Shown here: one piece after another, positions 39,365 through 49,335 of the stretch
How the letters are laid out: each line of letters begins with the position of its first letter
How positions within the stretch are numbered: position 1 is the stretch's first letter
From: an uncultured delta proteobacterium
GTDB taxonomy: Bacteria; Myxococcota; Myxococcia; Myxococcales; Myxococcaceae
Length of the DNA stretch: 64,000 nt
Direction: 5' to 3'
Assembly: GCA_963713045.1 (NCBI GenBank)
Contig: CAVQKE010000004.1
Coordinates: 288,001 to 352,000, forward strand
Position numbers and translations under genes: made by a program
The notes under the pieces: generated by a model
Told to the model about the DNA's origin: nothing
Seen by the model: the letters and a program-made list of their open reading frames with translations, nothing else
Database searches by the model: none

Positions 39365-40912
39365 ATGCCAGCGTCAGCGCTGCACGCCGTGACTTGTCCA
39401 ACCTGCTCAGCGGACACCGGAAGCTCCGCCCAGTTCTGCCCCGCATGCGGGGTCGCGCTGCCGCGGCTAACGGGCGATGGGGACCCGCTGGTGGGCAAGG
39501 TGGTGGCGCACAAGTACAGCATCGAGCAATGCATCGGCGAGGGTGGGATGGGGCGGGTCTACCGCGCCCGACAGCTGGTGCTGGACAAGCGGGTGGTGCT
39601 GAAGGTGCTGCACCAGGAGTTGCTGTCTGACGCGCGTACCGTGGCCCGCTTTCAACGGGAAGCCCGCGCCGCGAGCCGCCTCAACCACCCCAACTCCATC
39701 AACATCCTCGACTTCGGGGTGGCTGAAGACGGCGAGCTCTTCATCGCCATGGAGTACGTGGATGGGCACGACCTGCATCACCTCCTCACCCACGAATGGC
39801 CCCTGTCTGAACCGCGCATCATTCGCATTGTCTCCCAGGTCCTCTCGGCACTGGCCGATGCCCACGGCGCGGGCGTCATTCACCGAGACTTGAAGCCGGA
39901 AAACGTCATGGTGGAGCCCCGGCGCGGCGGGGAAAGCGACGTGGTGAAGGTACTGGACTTCGGCATCGCCAAAGTCGTCGACACGGCCGAGGCCGGCCCG
40001 GCGCTGACCCGCGCCGGCTTCGTCTGTGGAACGCCGGAGTACATGTCGCCCGAGCAAGCCAAAGGGGCGCCGTTGGACGCGCGAAGCGACCTCTACTCGG
40101 TGGGCGTGCTTCTCTTCCAACTGGTCACCCGCCGCCTGCCCTTCGACGCCGACACGGCCGTCGGCTTTGCGACCAAGCACCTGACCGAGCCACCCCCGCC
40201 GCCGTCGCGCATTCGTCCAGGCGGCTGCTCGGCAGAACTGGAGCGCCTCATCCTGCAGGCCCTCAGCAAGGACCCGGCCGCCCGTCCCCAGACGGCCGAG
40301 GCCTTTCTCGACGCGTTGAATGCCTTGCCGGCCGGTGAGTCCTCGCATGCCGCGCGCACGGCGCGCGTGGTGCTGCCGTTGGGCGCGACGGCCGAGCAGC
40401 CTCGCAAGTCGACCCGGTCCGTCACCCCCACCGTCCTCAGCCGTCCCCCGGCCTTGCAGCCGGGCCGCAAGCCGTGGCCGGCCATCCTGGTGGCCGTTGG
40501 GGTGGCCGTGGTGCTGGGCCTCGGGGCGGTGGCCTTCCTCGCCTTCCGAGGCCAGTCCTTACCCGCGGCTGGGCCGACGCCGGCCGCCTTGGGCAAACCG
40601 CGACCGGCCTGGCTGCTGGAGGTGCCCCCCGAGCGACGCGACGCCAAGCACGCGGCGGAGTTGGCGCGGGATGGGGACAACCTCTACGAGGCGGGGGACT
40701 TGGCACTGGCCCGGGCGAAGTACCTCGAGGCCTTCGAGGAAGACCCGACGGCCGAACTGGCGCTGAAATTGGGTACCCTGGCGCGCCTGCGGGGATTGGC
40801 CGGTGCGGAGGAGGCCAAGGGCTTCTTCGCCCGCCACCTTCGCGAGGCCCCCAACTCCCAGGCACGGGCGCAAATTGCCAAGGCCTCGGGAAGCCCGGCC
40901 AGGACGCCCTGA
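39365..40912 (+). CDS. Ser/Thr protein kinase (zinc ribbon-kinase-TM-TPR-like)
   Basis: 'CPTC-x10-CPAC', 'GEGGMGRVY', 'HRDLKPEN', 'DFG', 'GTPEYMSPE', TM helix, TPR-like tail. Confidence 0.95.
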   Translation: MPASALHAVTCPTCSADTGSSAQFCPACGVALPRLTGDGDPLVGKVVAHKYSIEQCIGEGGMGRVYRARQLVLDKRVVLKVLHQELLSDARTVARFQREARAASRLNHPNSINILDFGVAEDGELFIAMEYVDGHDLHHLLTHEWPLSEPRIIRIVSQVLSALADAHGAGVIHRDLKPENVMVEPRRGGESDVVKVLDFGIAKVVDTAEAGPALTRAGFVCGTPEYMSPEQAKGAPLDARSDLYSVGVLLFQLVTRRLPFDADTAVGFATKHLTEPPPPPSRIRPGGCSAELERLILQALSKDPAARPQTAEAFLDALNALPAGESSHAARTARVVLPLGATAEQPRKSTRSVTPTVLSRPPALQPGRKPWPAILVAVGVAVVLGLGAVAFLAFRGQSLPAAGPTPAALGKPRPAWLLEVPPERRDAKHAAELARDGDNLYEAGDLALARAKYLEAFEEDPTAELALKLGTLARLRGLAGAEEAKGFFARHLREAPNSQARAQIAKASGSPARTP

Positions 40913-40925
40913 GTCGGCGCGCCGG

Positions 40926-41819
40926 TTAGGCCGCTTCCACCAACAGCACCTGCTCGCCGATGCGCACCCGGTCGCCTGGCTGAAGCGCACGTTCTTGGGT
41001 GCCGAGCCGGACAAACGTGCCCAGGCCGGCGGACAAGTCACGCAGCAGACCGCCGCGGGCGGAGGCGGTCAGCTCGCAATGGCGGGGGGCCACGCCGGGC
41101 TCGCCGGGAAAATTCATGTCACAGCCGGCCAGTCCCAGTGTCAGCAGCGGTTGGGGGGTGGCCACCACCCGTCCCGGCCGACCGCCCACCAGCAGCTCCT
41201 CCAGGGCCCAGAGACTGCCCTGAAGGGGCAGCGGGACGCCGTAGGCGCGCGGACGCCCTGGCTCGCGGGGAGGCGGGGTGAGGAACCCCTGGAAGCGAAA
41301 CAGGCGCTGGCCGAAGGCAAACATCCCCCCCGGTGGGAGCACCTCCGGCACGCGCAGGGAGGCGAAGACGCCCGAGAGGCTGGCCTCGTCCCGCACCGTC
41401 AACTGCCCGTCCTTGATGCGGAAGGCGGCGTGCAGTGCTGAGACGTGGACGTCCTCCGGAAAGAGGATGGCCCCGCGGCTGCGCCCCACCGTGCAGCCGT
41501 TGGCCATGAGGCGGAAGCGCTGCCCTCGGGCCGGCCCGGACACCACCCCCAGGATGAAGCGGCTGGGCACCGGCGAGGTTGGCGCGGGCCGCGCGGCGGG
41601 AGCCGGGGCCGGGCCAGACGGCGGCGGCTGAAGGGCAGGGGTGGGGGCCTGGCGTTCCACTGGGGCCGGCGGCTCCGGCGTCTGTGTAGGGGCGGGGGCC
41701 GGCGCCATGCCCGCGACGAAGGGCGTGCCGCAGGCCTCACACCGAAGTGAACCCGGCGGGCCGAGCACGTCGCAGGTGGGGCAGACGACGCCGAGGCTAC
41801 TCGCGAGGAGGCGCGACAT
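40926..41819 (-). CDS. Zinc ribbon + tandem FHA protein
   Basis: GGAGG before ATG 41819. 'CPTC-x10-CEAC'. First FHA 'VGR..VSALH'; second degenerate. Confidence 0.88.
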   Translation of the reverse strand: MSRLLASSLGVVCPTCDVLGPPGSLRCEACGTPFVAGMAPAPAPTQTPEPPAPVERQAPTPALQPPPSGPAPAPAARPAPTSPVPSRFILGVVSGPARGQRFRLMANGCTVGRSRGAILFPEDVHVSALHAAFRIKDGQLTVRDEASLSGVFASLRVPEVLPPGGMFAFGQRLFRFQGFLTPPPREPGRPRAYGVPLPLQGSLWALEELLVGGRPGRVVATPQPLLTLGLAGCDMNFPGEPGVAPRHCELTASARGGLLRDLSAGLGTFVRLGTQERALQPGDRVRIGEQVLLVEAA

Positions 41820-41905
41820 GCGTACCTCCCCAATGTACACCAACGCCCCCGGTGTAAGCCTTCGTTGAAGGCCTGATTTCCTAAAGTTACGATGGAAGAC
41901 CCCCG

Positions 41906-44122
41906 GTGCTGCGCCTCAATGACATTCTCGAGCGGGTCCGCTCCTACCACCCAGACCCTGACCTCGACTTCCTGAAGAAGGCCTACGTCTACTCGGCCAA
42001 GGTGCACCAGGGGCAGCTTCGGCGTTCAGGGGAGCCCTACCTGGTCCACCCGTTGGAGGTGGCCGGCATCCTGGCCGAGCTGAAACTGGACGAGGCTAGC
42101 ATCGTCACCGGGCTCCTCCACGACACCATTGAAGACACGCTGGCCACGCCTGAGGAGTTGGAAGAACTCTTTGGCAAGGAAGTGGCGCAGCTGGTGGACG
42201 GCGTCACCAAGCTGGGCAAGTTCTCGGCCTCGGCGACGCTGAGCCAGGAGGAACGGCAGGCCGAGAACTTCCGGAAGATGATTATTGCCATGGCCCAGGA
42301 CATCCGGGTCATCTTGGTGAAGCTGGCTGACCGGACCCACAACATGCGGACCCTGGACCACATGTCCGAGGAGAAGCAGCAGCGCATCGCCCGGGAAACG
42401 CTCGACATCTATGCGCCCTTAGCCAACCGGCTGGGCATCTCTTGGATTAAAATTGAGCTGGAGGACCTCGCCTTCCGCTACCTGCGGCCGAGCGACTACG
42501 CCGACATTGCCGAGAAGTTGAACCGACGCCGGAACGAGCGCGAGCGGTACGTGAACGACACCTGTGCCCTCATCGAGAGCAAGCTTCGCGAGCGGTCGCT
42601 GCTGGGCCGGGTCCAGGGCCGCTTCAAGCACCTGTACAGCATCTACAAGAAGGTGCGGGCCACCGGAGTCGACGTCGACCAGATTCCGGACATCATCGCC
42701 TTTCGCATCGTGCTGCCCACCGTCCCCAACTGCTACGAGGCGCTGGGGATGATTCACCAGCTCTGGAAGCCGGTCCCAGGCCGCTTCAAGGACTTCATCG
42801 CCATCCCCAAGCCCAACATGTACCAGTCGCTGCACACCACGGTGATTGGTCCGCTGGGCGAGCGGGTGGAGGTGCAAATCCGCACCGAGGAGATGCACAC
42901 CATCGCTGAGGAGGGCATCGCTGCGCACTGGGCGTACAAGGAAGGAAAAAGTCTGGTCTCAGGCGACGACGAGAAGTTTGCCTGGCTGCGTCAGCTGATG
43001 GAGTGGCAGCAGGACCTGAAGGACCCCAAGGAGTTTCTCGACACGGTGAAGGTTGACCTCTTCACCGACGAGGTTTTCGTCTTCACGCCCAAAGGGGATG
43101 TGAAGAGTCTTCCCCGAGGAGCGACGCCAGTCGACTTTGCCTTCGCCATTCACTCCGACGTCGGAAGCCGCTGTGTCGGGGCGAAAGTCAACGGGAAGAT
43201 GGTCCCGCTGCGCTACAAGCTGAAGAATGGCGACACGGTGGAGGTGCTCACCAGCCCCAGCGCCCACCCCTCGAAGGATTGGCTCACCTTCGTCAAGACC
43301 AGCCGGGCCCAGCAGCGCATCCGCGCCTTCATCAAACAGCAGCAGCGCGAGAAAAGCCTTCAGCTGGGTCGGGAACTTTTGGAGAAGGAGTTCCGGCGTT
43401 TCGGACTCAATTTCGGCAAGCTCCTCAAGGCCGGCGACCTGAAAGGCCCTGCGGCCGAGCTCGGCTACCGGGTGGAGGACGACCTGTTGGTCGGTCTCGG
43501 CTACGGCAAGGTGGCCCCCCAGCAGCTTCTTCAGAAGTTGCTGCCCCCGGAGAAGCTGGCCGAGGGCATCGAGCGTCCCGCCGCCGGCAACGGCGCGGGT
43601 GTGGGCCCGGCAGCCGAGGCGGCGGCCGCCTCCACCGGCTTCGGCCGGGTGACGGAAATGGCCCGGAAGCTGGTGGGCAACCGCAGCAAGACGGGCGTGC
43701 AAATTGGCGGGGTGGATGACGTCCTGGTGCGCTTCGGACGGTGCTGCAACCCCGTGCCGGGCGACCCGATTGTGGGCTTCATCACTCGGGGCCGGGGCGT
43801 CACGGTGCACACCGTCGGCTGCGAACGGGCGCTGGCCACCGACCCCGAGCGTCGGGTGGACGTGGCCTGGGATGTCCACGGGGATTACAAGCGACCGGTC
43901 ACGCTCCGGGTGCTGACGGTCGACCGACCGGGGCTTCTGGCGGAGATGTCCACCATCTTCAGCCAAAAGGGCGTCAACATCAGTCAGGCGAACTGTCGGG
44001 CCACCGGCGACGAGCGCGCGGTGAATACCTTTGAAGTCACCATTTCGGACCTCAAGCAGCTGACCGACGTCATCCGCACCATCGAGCGGCTCCACGGCGT
44101 GCATTCCGTCGAGCGCGTCTAA
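41906..44122 (+). CDS. relA: Bifunctional (p)ppGpp synthetase/hydrolase RelA/SpoT
   Basis: 'GEPYLVHP', HD 'LLHDTIED', 'KLADRTHNMRTL', 'YQSLHT', 'EVQIRT', TGS, 'RCCNP', ACT. Confidence 0.97.
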   Translation: MLRLNDILERVRSYHPDPDLDFLKKAYVYSAKVHQGQLRRSGEPYLVHPLEVAGILAELKLDEASIVTGLLHDTIEDTLATPEELEELFGKEVAQLVDGVTKLGKFSASATLSQEERQAENFRKMIIAMAQDIRVILVKLADRTHNMRTLDHMSEEKQQRIARETLDIYAPLANRLGISWIKIELEDLAFRYLRPSDYADIAEKLNRRRNERERYVNDTCALIESKLRERSLLGRVQGRFKHLYSIYKKVRATGVDVDQIPDIIAFRIVLPTVPNCYEALGMIHQLWKPVPGRFKDFIAIPKPNMYQSLHTTVIGPLGERVEVQIRTEEMHTIAEEGIAAHWAYKEGKSLVSGDDEKFAWLRQLMEWQQDLKDPKEFLDTVKVDLFTDEVFVFTPKGDVKSLPRGATPVDFAFAIHSDVGSRCVGAKVNGKMVPLRYKLKNGDTVEVLTSPSAHPSKDWLTFVKTSRAQQRIRAFIKQQQREKSLQLGRELLEKEFRRFGLNFGKLLKAGDLKGPAAELGYRVEDDLLVGLGYGKVAPQQLLQKLLPPEKLAEGIERPAAGNGAGVGPAAEAAAASTGFGRVTEMARKLVGNRSKTGVQIGGVDDVLVRFGRCCNPVPGDPIVGFITRGRGVTVHTVGCERALATDPERRVDVAWDVHGDYKRPVTLRVLTVDRPGLLAEMSTIFSQKGVNISQANCRATGDERAVNTFEVTISDLKQLTDVIRTIERLHGVHSVERV

Positions 44123-44140
44123 GTGCAAGCAGAGGCCCTC

Positions 44141-44527
44141 ATGCCCCACCTCCCGGTTCAAACCACCGAGGCGCCGTCGGCCATCGGCCCCTATTCACAA
44201 GCCATCTCCGCCCCGGCCGGGCGGCTGGTTTTCCTTTCCGGGCAAATTCCCCTCGACCCGCGGACGGGCGAACTGGTGGGGCCAGACATTTCCCTGCAGA
44301 CGGCCCGGGTGATGGAAAACCTCGGCGCCGTGCTGAAAGCGGCGTCGCTCGGCTTCGCCGATGTCGTCCGCTGCACCGTTTACCTTCTGGACTTGGGTGA
44401 ATTCTCCGCGGTCAATGCCGTCTACGGGCGCTACTTCACTTCCTCGCCGCCTGCCCGGGCGACGGTGCAGGTGGCGGCGCTTCCCCGAGGTGCACGCGTC
44501 GAAATTGACGCCATCGCGGTCGGGTAG
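44141..44527 (+). CDS. ridA: RidA (YjgF/YER057c/UK114) imine deaminase
   Basis: 'APSAIGPYSQA', 'SGQIPLDP', 'PARATVQVAALP', 'VEID'. Confidence 0.93.
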   Translation: MPHLPVQTTEAPSAIGPYSQAISAPAGRLVFLSGQIPLDPRTGELVGPDISLQTARVMENLGAVLKAASLGFADVVRCTVYLLDLGEFSAVNAVYGRYFTSSPPARATVQVAALPRGARVEIDAIAVG

Positions 44528-44642
44528 GGCGTCTTTTGCAAGAGGGCACGCTGCGGGTCGCGCGGAACAGCCCCTCCTCAGCCGTCGGCATTTCCCTGCT
44601 GCGCGGCGCCTGGTCGCCCCGGGGGCGCTGGCCCGGGTCTCT

Positions 44643-46025
44643 TCAGTTTCTGCCGGTGGCTGGGGCCTGAGCGTCTGCCACCAGCCGCCCGTAGAGGGCC
44701 TCGGGCTTGACGCCCTGGGCCAGCAGTTTGTCGGCCTTGGCAATTTCCCGGTCGATGTCTGCCTTGAATGCCTCCCAGGGCGGGGCCCCTTCGTAGAGGC
44801 GCCCGTTGACGTAGAGGCTGGGCGTGGCGCGGACGCCAGCGGCGCTCGCCGCCGCTTCGTCGGCGGCAATGCGCGCCTTCACCTCCGCGCTGTCGATGTC
44901 CGCTCGGAAGCGCGCCATGTCCAGGCCGAGCTTCTCCGCGGTGCGCTCCAGCGACTCGCGGTCAAGGGCCGCCTGGTTGGCGAACAGCTGGTCGTGCATC
45001 GGCCAAAACTTTCCCTGGGCGTGGGCGGCCATCGCCGCTTGGGCGGCAATGCGGGCGTTGGGGTGCATCGGCAGCGGCAGGTTGCGGAAAACGAAGCGGA
45101 CGTCCTTGCCGTAGTTTTCCCGAAGCTTCTCCACCGTTGGCGCGGCGCGGCTGCAGTACGGGCACTGAAAGTCGCTCCACTCGACGATGGTGACTTTGGC
45201 GAATTCCGGGCCGAAAGCCGGCGAGTCGGCCGGGGCGTCGACTTTGCGCACCGGCTTCCCACCGCCGACGCCGGGCGTCTGGCCCTTGTCGATGATGCGG
45301 GCGTACACCTCACTGGCCGGGATTCCGCTGCGCACCATCCCCTCGGCCTTGGCCAGCTCCTCGTCGATGAGGGCCTTGAAGACCTCGATGGGCGAGGCGC
45401 CGCCCGCCATACGCCGGGCGTTGATGAAGATGGCGGGCGTCCCAGTCACGCCGACGCTGGTTCCCAGCGCCGTGTCCTTTTCGATGCGGGCGGCCAGAGT
45501 CGGGTTGGTGAGGTCTGCCTTGAAGCGGGCCATGTCGAGGCCGACTTCGCGGGCATATTGCTCAAGGGAAGCCGGGTCGAGGGCTCGCTGGTTGGCGAAC
45601 AGCTTGTCATGCATTTCCCAGTACTTGCCTTGCGCTCCGGCGGCCAGCGCCGCCATCGCCGCCGGCCGGGCCATGGGGTGCATGCCCAAGGGAAATTCCT
45701 TCATCACCACCCGGAGTCGGGTGCCGTAGTCCTTCTGCAGCTGTTGGATGGTGGTGTGGGCACGGCCACAGAAAGGGCACTGGTAGTCGGAGAACTCGAC
45801 CAGTGTCACCAGGGCGTCCGGCGAGCCTTCGACGGGCGAGTTGTCAATGGGAATGCGGAAGACGGTGGTGTCGCTGCGAGGCGGCGGGCGCGACGGCTGC
45901 TGCGCCGTGGCCTGGGTATGGGCGTCAGGCTTGGCCGGGCCTGGACCCAGCGAGGAGGTCGCCCGGCCGACGAAGATGCCGAGGATGAGGCCCACGACGA
46001 GCGAGACGAGGACGCTAAATTTCAT
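44643..46025 (-). CDS. Tandem DsbA/Com1-like thioredoxin-fold protein
   Basis: N-terminal TM/signal and two domains, 'FSDYQCPFC..GTP' and 'WSDFQCPYC..ATP'. Confidence 0.92.
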   Translation of the reverse strand: MKFSVLVSLVVGLILGIFVGRATSSLGPGPAKPDAHTQATAQQPSRPPPRSDTTVFRIPIDNSPVEGSPDALVTLVEFSDYQCPFCGRAHTTIQQLQKDYGTRLRVVMKEFPLGMHPMARPAAMAALAAGAQGKYWEMHDKLFANQRALDPASLEQYAREVGLDMARFKADLTNPTLAARIEKDTALGTSVGVTGTPAIFINARRMAGGASPIEVFKALIDEELAKAEGMVRSGIPASEVYARIIDKGQTPGVGGGKPVRKVDAPADSPAFGPEFAKVTIVEWSDFQCPYCSRAAPTVEKLRENYGKDVRFVFRNLPLPMHPNARIAAQAAMAAHAQGKFWPMHDQLFANQAALDRESLERTAEKLGLDMARFRADIDSAEVKARIAADEAAASAAGVRATPSLYVNGRLYEGAPPWEAFKADIDREIAKADKLLAQGVKPEALYGRLVADAQAPATGRN

Positions 46026-46140
46026 GGAAGGACCGACTCCGGCAGAGCTCGCTCTTGGAAGGCACTGGAGCGAGAGCGCCGGCGTGTTAACAGACGGGCC
46101 GGACGCCTCGCAACTTTACCCCCTTCGGGGACGGACTCCA

Positions 46141-46383
46141 GTGACGGACACCCACACCGACGTTGATGTGCGGGGCCTCGCTTGCCCGCTTCCGGTGATT
46201 CGTCTGGCCCAGGTCGTCCGTACGCTTGCTCCAGGTTGCCAGGTCCGCCTGTTGGGCACCGACCCCGCGCTGGCCCAGGACGTCCCGGCTTGGTGCGCAG
46301 CAACCGGCCACCGCCTCCTCTGCCTCGTCGGACGCGGGCTGGAGTTGGAAGCCTGGGTCGAGGTCGCCCCGGTCCAGCGCTAA
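46141..46383 (+). CDS. Sulfurtransferase TusA/SirA family protein
   Basis: 'DVRGLACPLPV', 'TDP..AQDVPAWC..TGH'. GTG start. Confidence 0.88.
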   Translation: MTDTHTDVDVRGLACPLPVIRLAQVVRTLAPGCQVRLLGTDPALAQDVPAWCAATGHRLLCLVGRGLELEAWVEVAPVQR

Positions 46384-46475
46384 CTGGCCATCCTGACCCT
46401 GGGCAAGCTTCTGTAAGCACCCGGCATTGTGAGGGCTTTCGGCTGGCATCGGGGTTGTAAGAGGGCCTGGGTACG

Positions 46476-47453
46476 ATGGCCTTTTTCGCCCGAGAGACTT
46501 CCGTCGCAGGTGCCTCCTCCCCGCAGTCCACGTCTGTGGAGCGCGAGGCGGAGCTCACGCGCGCCGAGCAGACAATGCGCAGTGCCGAGCTCCAGCTGAG
46601 CGCTGAAGCCGAGCGGGTCGCCGGCGAGGCAGCCGCCCTCACCGACCGCGCGCGCGCCCTCGAGGGGGAAGCAGCCGGGCTCGACGCAGAACCGGAAGTG
46701 GCCGCGGTGCTGTTGCGCTTGCGCGAGCCGGCTCCCGTGCCGGCCATGGCCTCCCACGTGGAGCGCGCGTTTGCCGCGCGCCTCCAGGCCCTCGAGCTGC
46801 GGCGGAAGTCGGCCGAGGCGATTCGCACCGGCCTGCGGGCCTGCGCGGAGGTGCTGGCCGAGCGTTCGCGCACGCTGGCCTCGGATGCGCAGTCGCTTTC
46901 ACGGGCCCGCGCCGCGGCAGCTCAGGCGGCGGCTGACGCCCGCGCGGCTGAGGCCCGTGCTGCGGCTGCCGCCGCCGCGGCAGCCGCTGTGAAGCCGCCG
47001 CCCCCCGTGCCTTTCGCAGCCGCCCCGGCGGACGAGCTTGCGCCCACGGTACGGCGCGCGGTGCCCAGTCCACAGTCGCCGTCATCCGGCGCGACCATCG
47101 GCAAGGTGGCACTGAAGCGCGTCGCCGCCCGGGTGGCGATGCAGACGCAAGTGGACATGGTGAGCGACTCCAACTTCTTCACCGGCTTCAGCACCAACAT
47201 CTCCGAAGGCGGCCTCTTCGTCGCGACGGTGAATGTGCTTCCCCCCGGAACGCCGGTGGACGTCACTTTCACCTTGCCGGCTGGCGGGCGTCTCACCGTG
47301 AAAGGTGAAGTGCGCTGGACGCGGGAACTCAACGACCGAACGCCGGAGGTCTTCCCCGGTGTGGGTGTTCACTTCACGGACGTCGACCCGGCGGTGGTCA
47401 GCCAAATCAAGACGTTTGTCCAGCAGCGCCAGCCCCTCTTCTTTCCGGACTGA
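46476..47453 (+). CDS. Coiled-coil + PilZ-domain protein (TIGR02266-like)
   Basis: 'RVAAR' (RxxxR), 'SNFFTGFSTNISEGGLFVAT', 'GEVRW', 'PGVGVHF', 'PLFF'. Confidence 0.88.
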   Translation: MAFFARETSVAGASSPQSTSVEREAELTRAEQTMRSAELQLSAEAERVAGEAAALTDRARALEGEAAGLDAEPEVAAVLLRLREPAPVPAMASHVERAFAARLQALELRRKSAEAIRTGLRACAEVLAERSRTLASDAQSLSRARAAAAQAAADARAAEARAAAAAAAAAAVKPPPPVPFAAAPADELAPTVRRAVPSPQSPSSGATIGKVALKRVAARVAMQTQVDMVSDSNFFTGFSTNISEGGLFVATVNVLPPGTPVDVTFTLPAGGRLTVKGEVRWTRELNDRTPEVFPGVGVHFTDVDPAVVSQIKTFVQQRQPLFFPD

Positions 47454-47486
47454 GGCCCAAGGGGCCTGGCACCCACCCCGGGGCCG

Positions 47487-48398
47487 TTAGGTCAAGGCGA
47501 GGACGCGACTCTCCAGGGACTGGCCCTGAGAGACTCCAGTGACTTGGACGCCGGCGTCCAACAGCAGCCGAAGGGTGGCGCTGAGCACCGCATCCGGCGA
47601 CTCCGCCTTGGGGTCAATGACGACACTCAACAGCCCGTCCGGGCGAAGCGCGGCCTCGGCCACGCCCGGCAAAGCCCGAAGTGCGTCCATCGGGATGTCC
47701 CCGCGGGCCACCTGAATCCGGAACTCAGCCGACCGCGCGGTCAACTGGGCCATGGTCCCCGTCTGCACCAGGCGCCCGTGGTCGAGAATGTCGGCCCCGT
47801 CGCACAGCGCCTCCAACTCCGGCAGGTTGTGGCTGCTGACCAGCACCGTGGCCCGCCCCCGCATGGCGGCCACCAGGCCTCGCACTTCGGCGGCCACCTT
47901 GGGGTCGAGCCCGGAGGTGGGCTCGTCGAGGAGCACCACCGGGGGGTCCCCCAGCAGGGCTTGGGCCAGGCCCACCCGCCGTCCCATGCCGTGCGAAAGC
48001 GCCGCCGGTGGCACGTCCCACACGTCGGGGAGGCCCACCCGTGCCAGCGCCAGCCGAGCTTCGCGCTCTGGGCGCTCGAGGCCGGAAAGCCGGCCGAGGT
48101 AGCAAAGCAGCGCCCCCACATTGAGGTAGCCGGGAAGGGCCGCGTCTTGCGGCAGCACCCCCACCACGCCCTTCAGGCCACCGGGCAGTCGAGGGTCTCG
48201 GCCGAGGACGCGCACCCGTCCGGAGGTGGGCCGCAGGTAGCCGCACAGCAGGCTGAAGCTGGTGGACTTGCCAGCGCCGTTGGGGCCAATGAGGCCCCAC
48301 ACCGTCCCCTGCGGGACGGCCATCGAGAGGTGGTCCAGGGCCTGGCGGCTCCCGAAGCGCTTGCTCACCTCGTCCAGGACGAGAACCGCCTCACTCAT
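47487..48398 (-). CDS. ABC transporter ATP-binding protein
   Basis: 'GPNGAGKST', 'LSHGM', 'LLDEPTSGLDP', 'SSH'. Confidence 0.95.
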   Translation of the reverse strand: MSEAVLVLDEVSKRFGSRQALDHLSMAVPQGTVWGLIGPNGAGKSTSFSLLCGYLRPTSGRVRVLGRDPRLPGGLKGVVGVLPQDAALPGYLNVGALLCYLGRLSGLERPEREARLALARVGLPDVWDVPPAALSHGMGRRVGLAQALLGDPPVVLLDEPTSGLDPKVAAEVRGLVAAMRGRATVLVSSHNLPELEALCDGADILDHGRLVQTGTMAQLTARSAEFRIQVARGDIPMDALRALPGVAEAALRPDGLLSVVIDPKAESPDAVLSATLRLLLDAGVQVTGVSQGQSLESRVLALT

Positions 48399-49300
48399 AC
48401 GTCCCTCGTGCGCAGCACCGCCACCCCGGCAGCCGCGCACACCAGGGTGAAGAGGAGCAGCCCCAGGACGCCGGTCAGGACACGCGCCGGGTCCGGGTAG
48501 AGGAGTTCACCGGACCAGGTGGAGGGAGCCAACAGGCCGACTCGCTCCTGCCAGCCAATCGGCAGCGGCTGGTGCGCCATCTGCTCCTGCCCCATGCGGA
48601 CGATGCGGGCCCCACTGCCCACCGTGCCGGCGGCCCAGAAGCCCAGCAACGCGGCGAAGTTGAGTGTCAGGCTGAGGGCGGGCGTGCTGGAGGCGGTGGA
48701 GCACAGGGTGGTGAGAGCCGTCATCGCCAGGCCCACCAGCAGGGAGGTGCCCCACAGGCGTGGCCAGGCCCGGGCCGCGTCGGCCAGGGAGAAGTCCGGG
48801 ACGCTGGACAGGGCGTAGCCGAAGGCGCCCAAGTAGACCACCGTCAACAGAAGCAGCACCACCGCGCCGAGGGCGAGGCCCTTGCCCAGGGCAAGCGCCG
48901 TCCGGCTGGCGCGCACCGTGAGGTAGCGGAGCGAGCGGGTCTGCAGCTCGCCGCTAACGCTGTCGAAGCCCAGCAGTGCCACATAGCCCGGCAGGAAGAT
49001 GAGGCCAGCCTTGAAGACGAGCAGCAGCAGCGCGGGCAGCCCCAGCAGCGACTCCACCAGGCTCCGGTCCTGGCCGAACAGCAGCGCCAGCATGACCGCC
49101 TTGGGGGATTGGAGGCCCTCTATGCCCTGGCCCTGCGCCTCAAACTGCAGCTGCGCTTGCCGGGAGAGCGCCCCCGCGGCCAGTGCGATGCCAGCCGAGA
49201 AGGCCATGTACAGCAGAAGGACCAGCAGCACCCGTGGGCTCTTCAAGGCGCGACGCAGCTCGGCGCCGAAGACGGTCCACGTGTCGCGGAGGGTCTGCAT
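48395..49300 (-). CDS. ABC-2 type permease
   Basis: Six hydrophobic helices, 'DSVSGE..RSLRYL', 'GK', terminal 'RDV'. ATGA overlap with the ATPase. Confidence 0.85.
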   Translation of the reverse strand: MQTLRDTWTVFGAELRRALKSPRVLLVLLLYMAFSAGIALAAGALSRQAQLQFEAQGQGIEGLQSPKAVMLALLFGQDRSLVESLLGLPALLLLVFKAGLIFLPGYVALLGFDSVSGELQTRSLRYLTVRASRTALALGKGLALGAVVLLLLTVVYLGAFGYALSSVPDFSLADAARAWPRLWGTSLLVGLAMTALTTLCSTASSTPALSLTLNFAALLGFWAAGTVGSGARIVRMGQEQMAHQPLPIGWQERVGLLAPSTWSGELLYPDPARVLTGVLGLLLFTLVCAAAGVAVLRTRDV

Positions 49301-49335
49301 GGGGCAGAGGACCTACCACAAGACGTGCGACTTCC

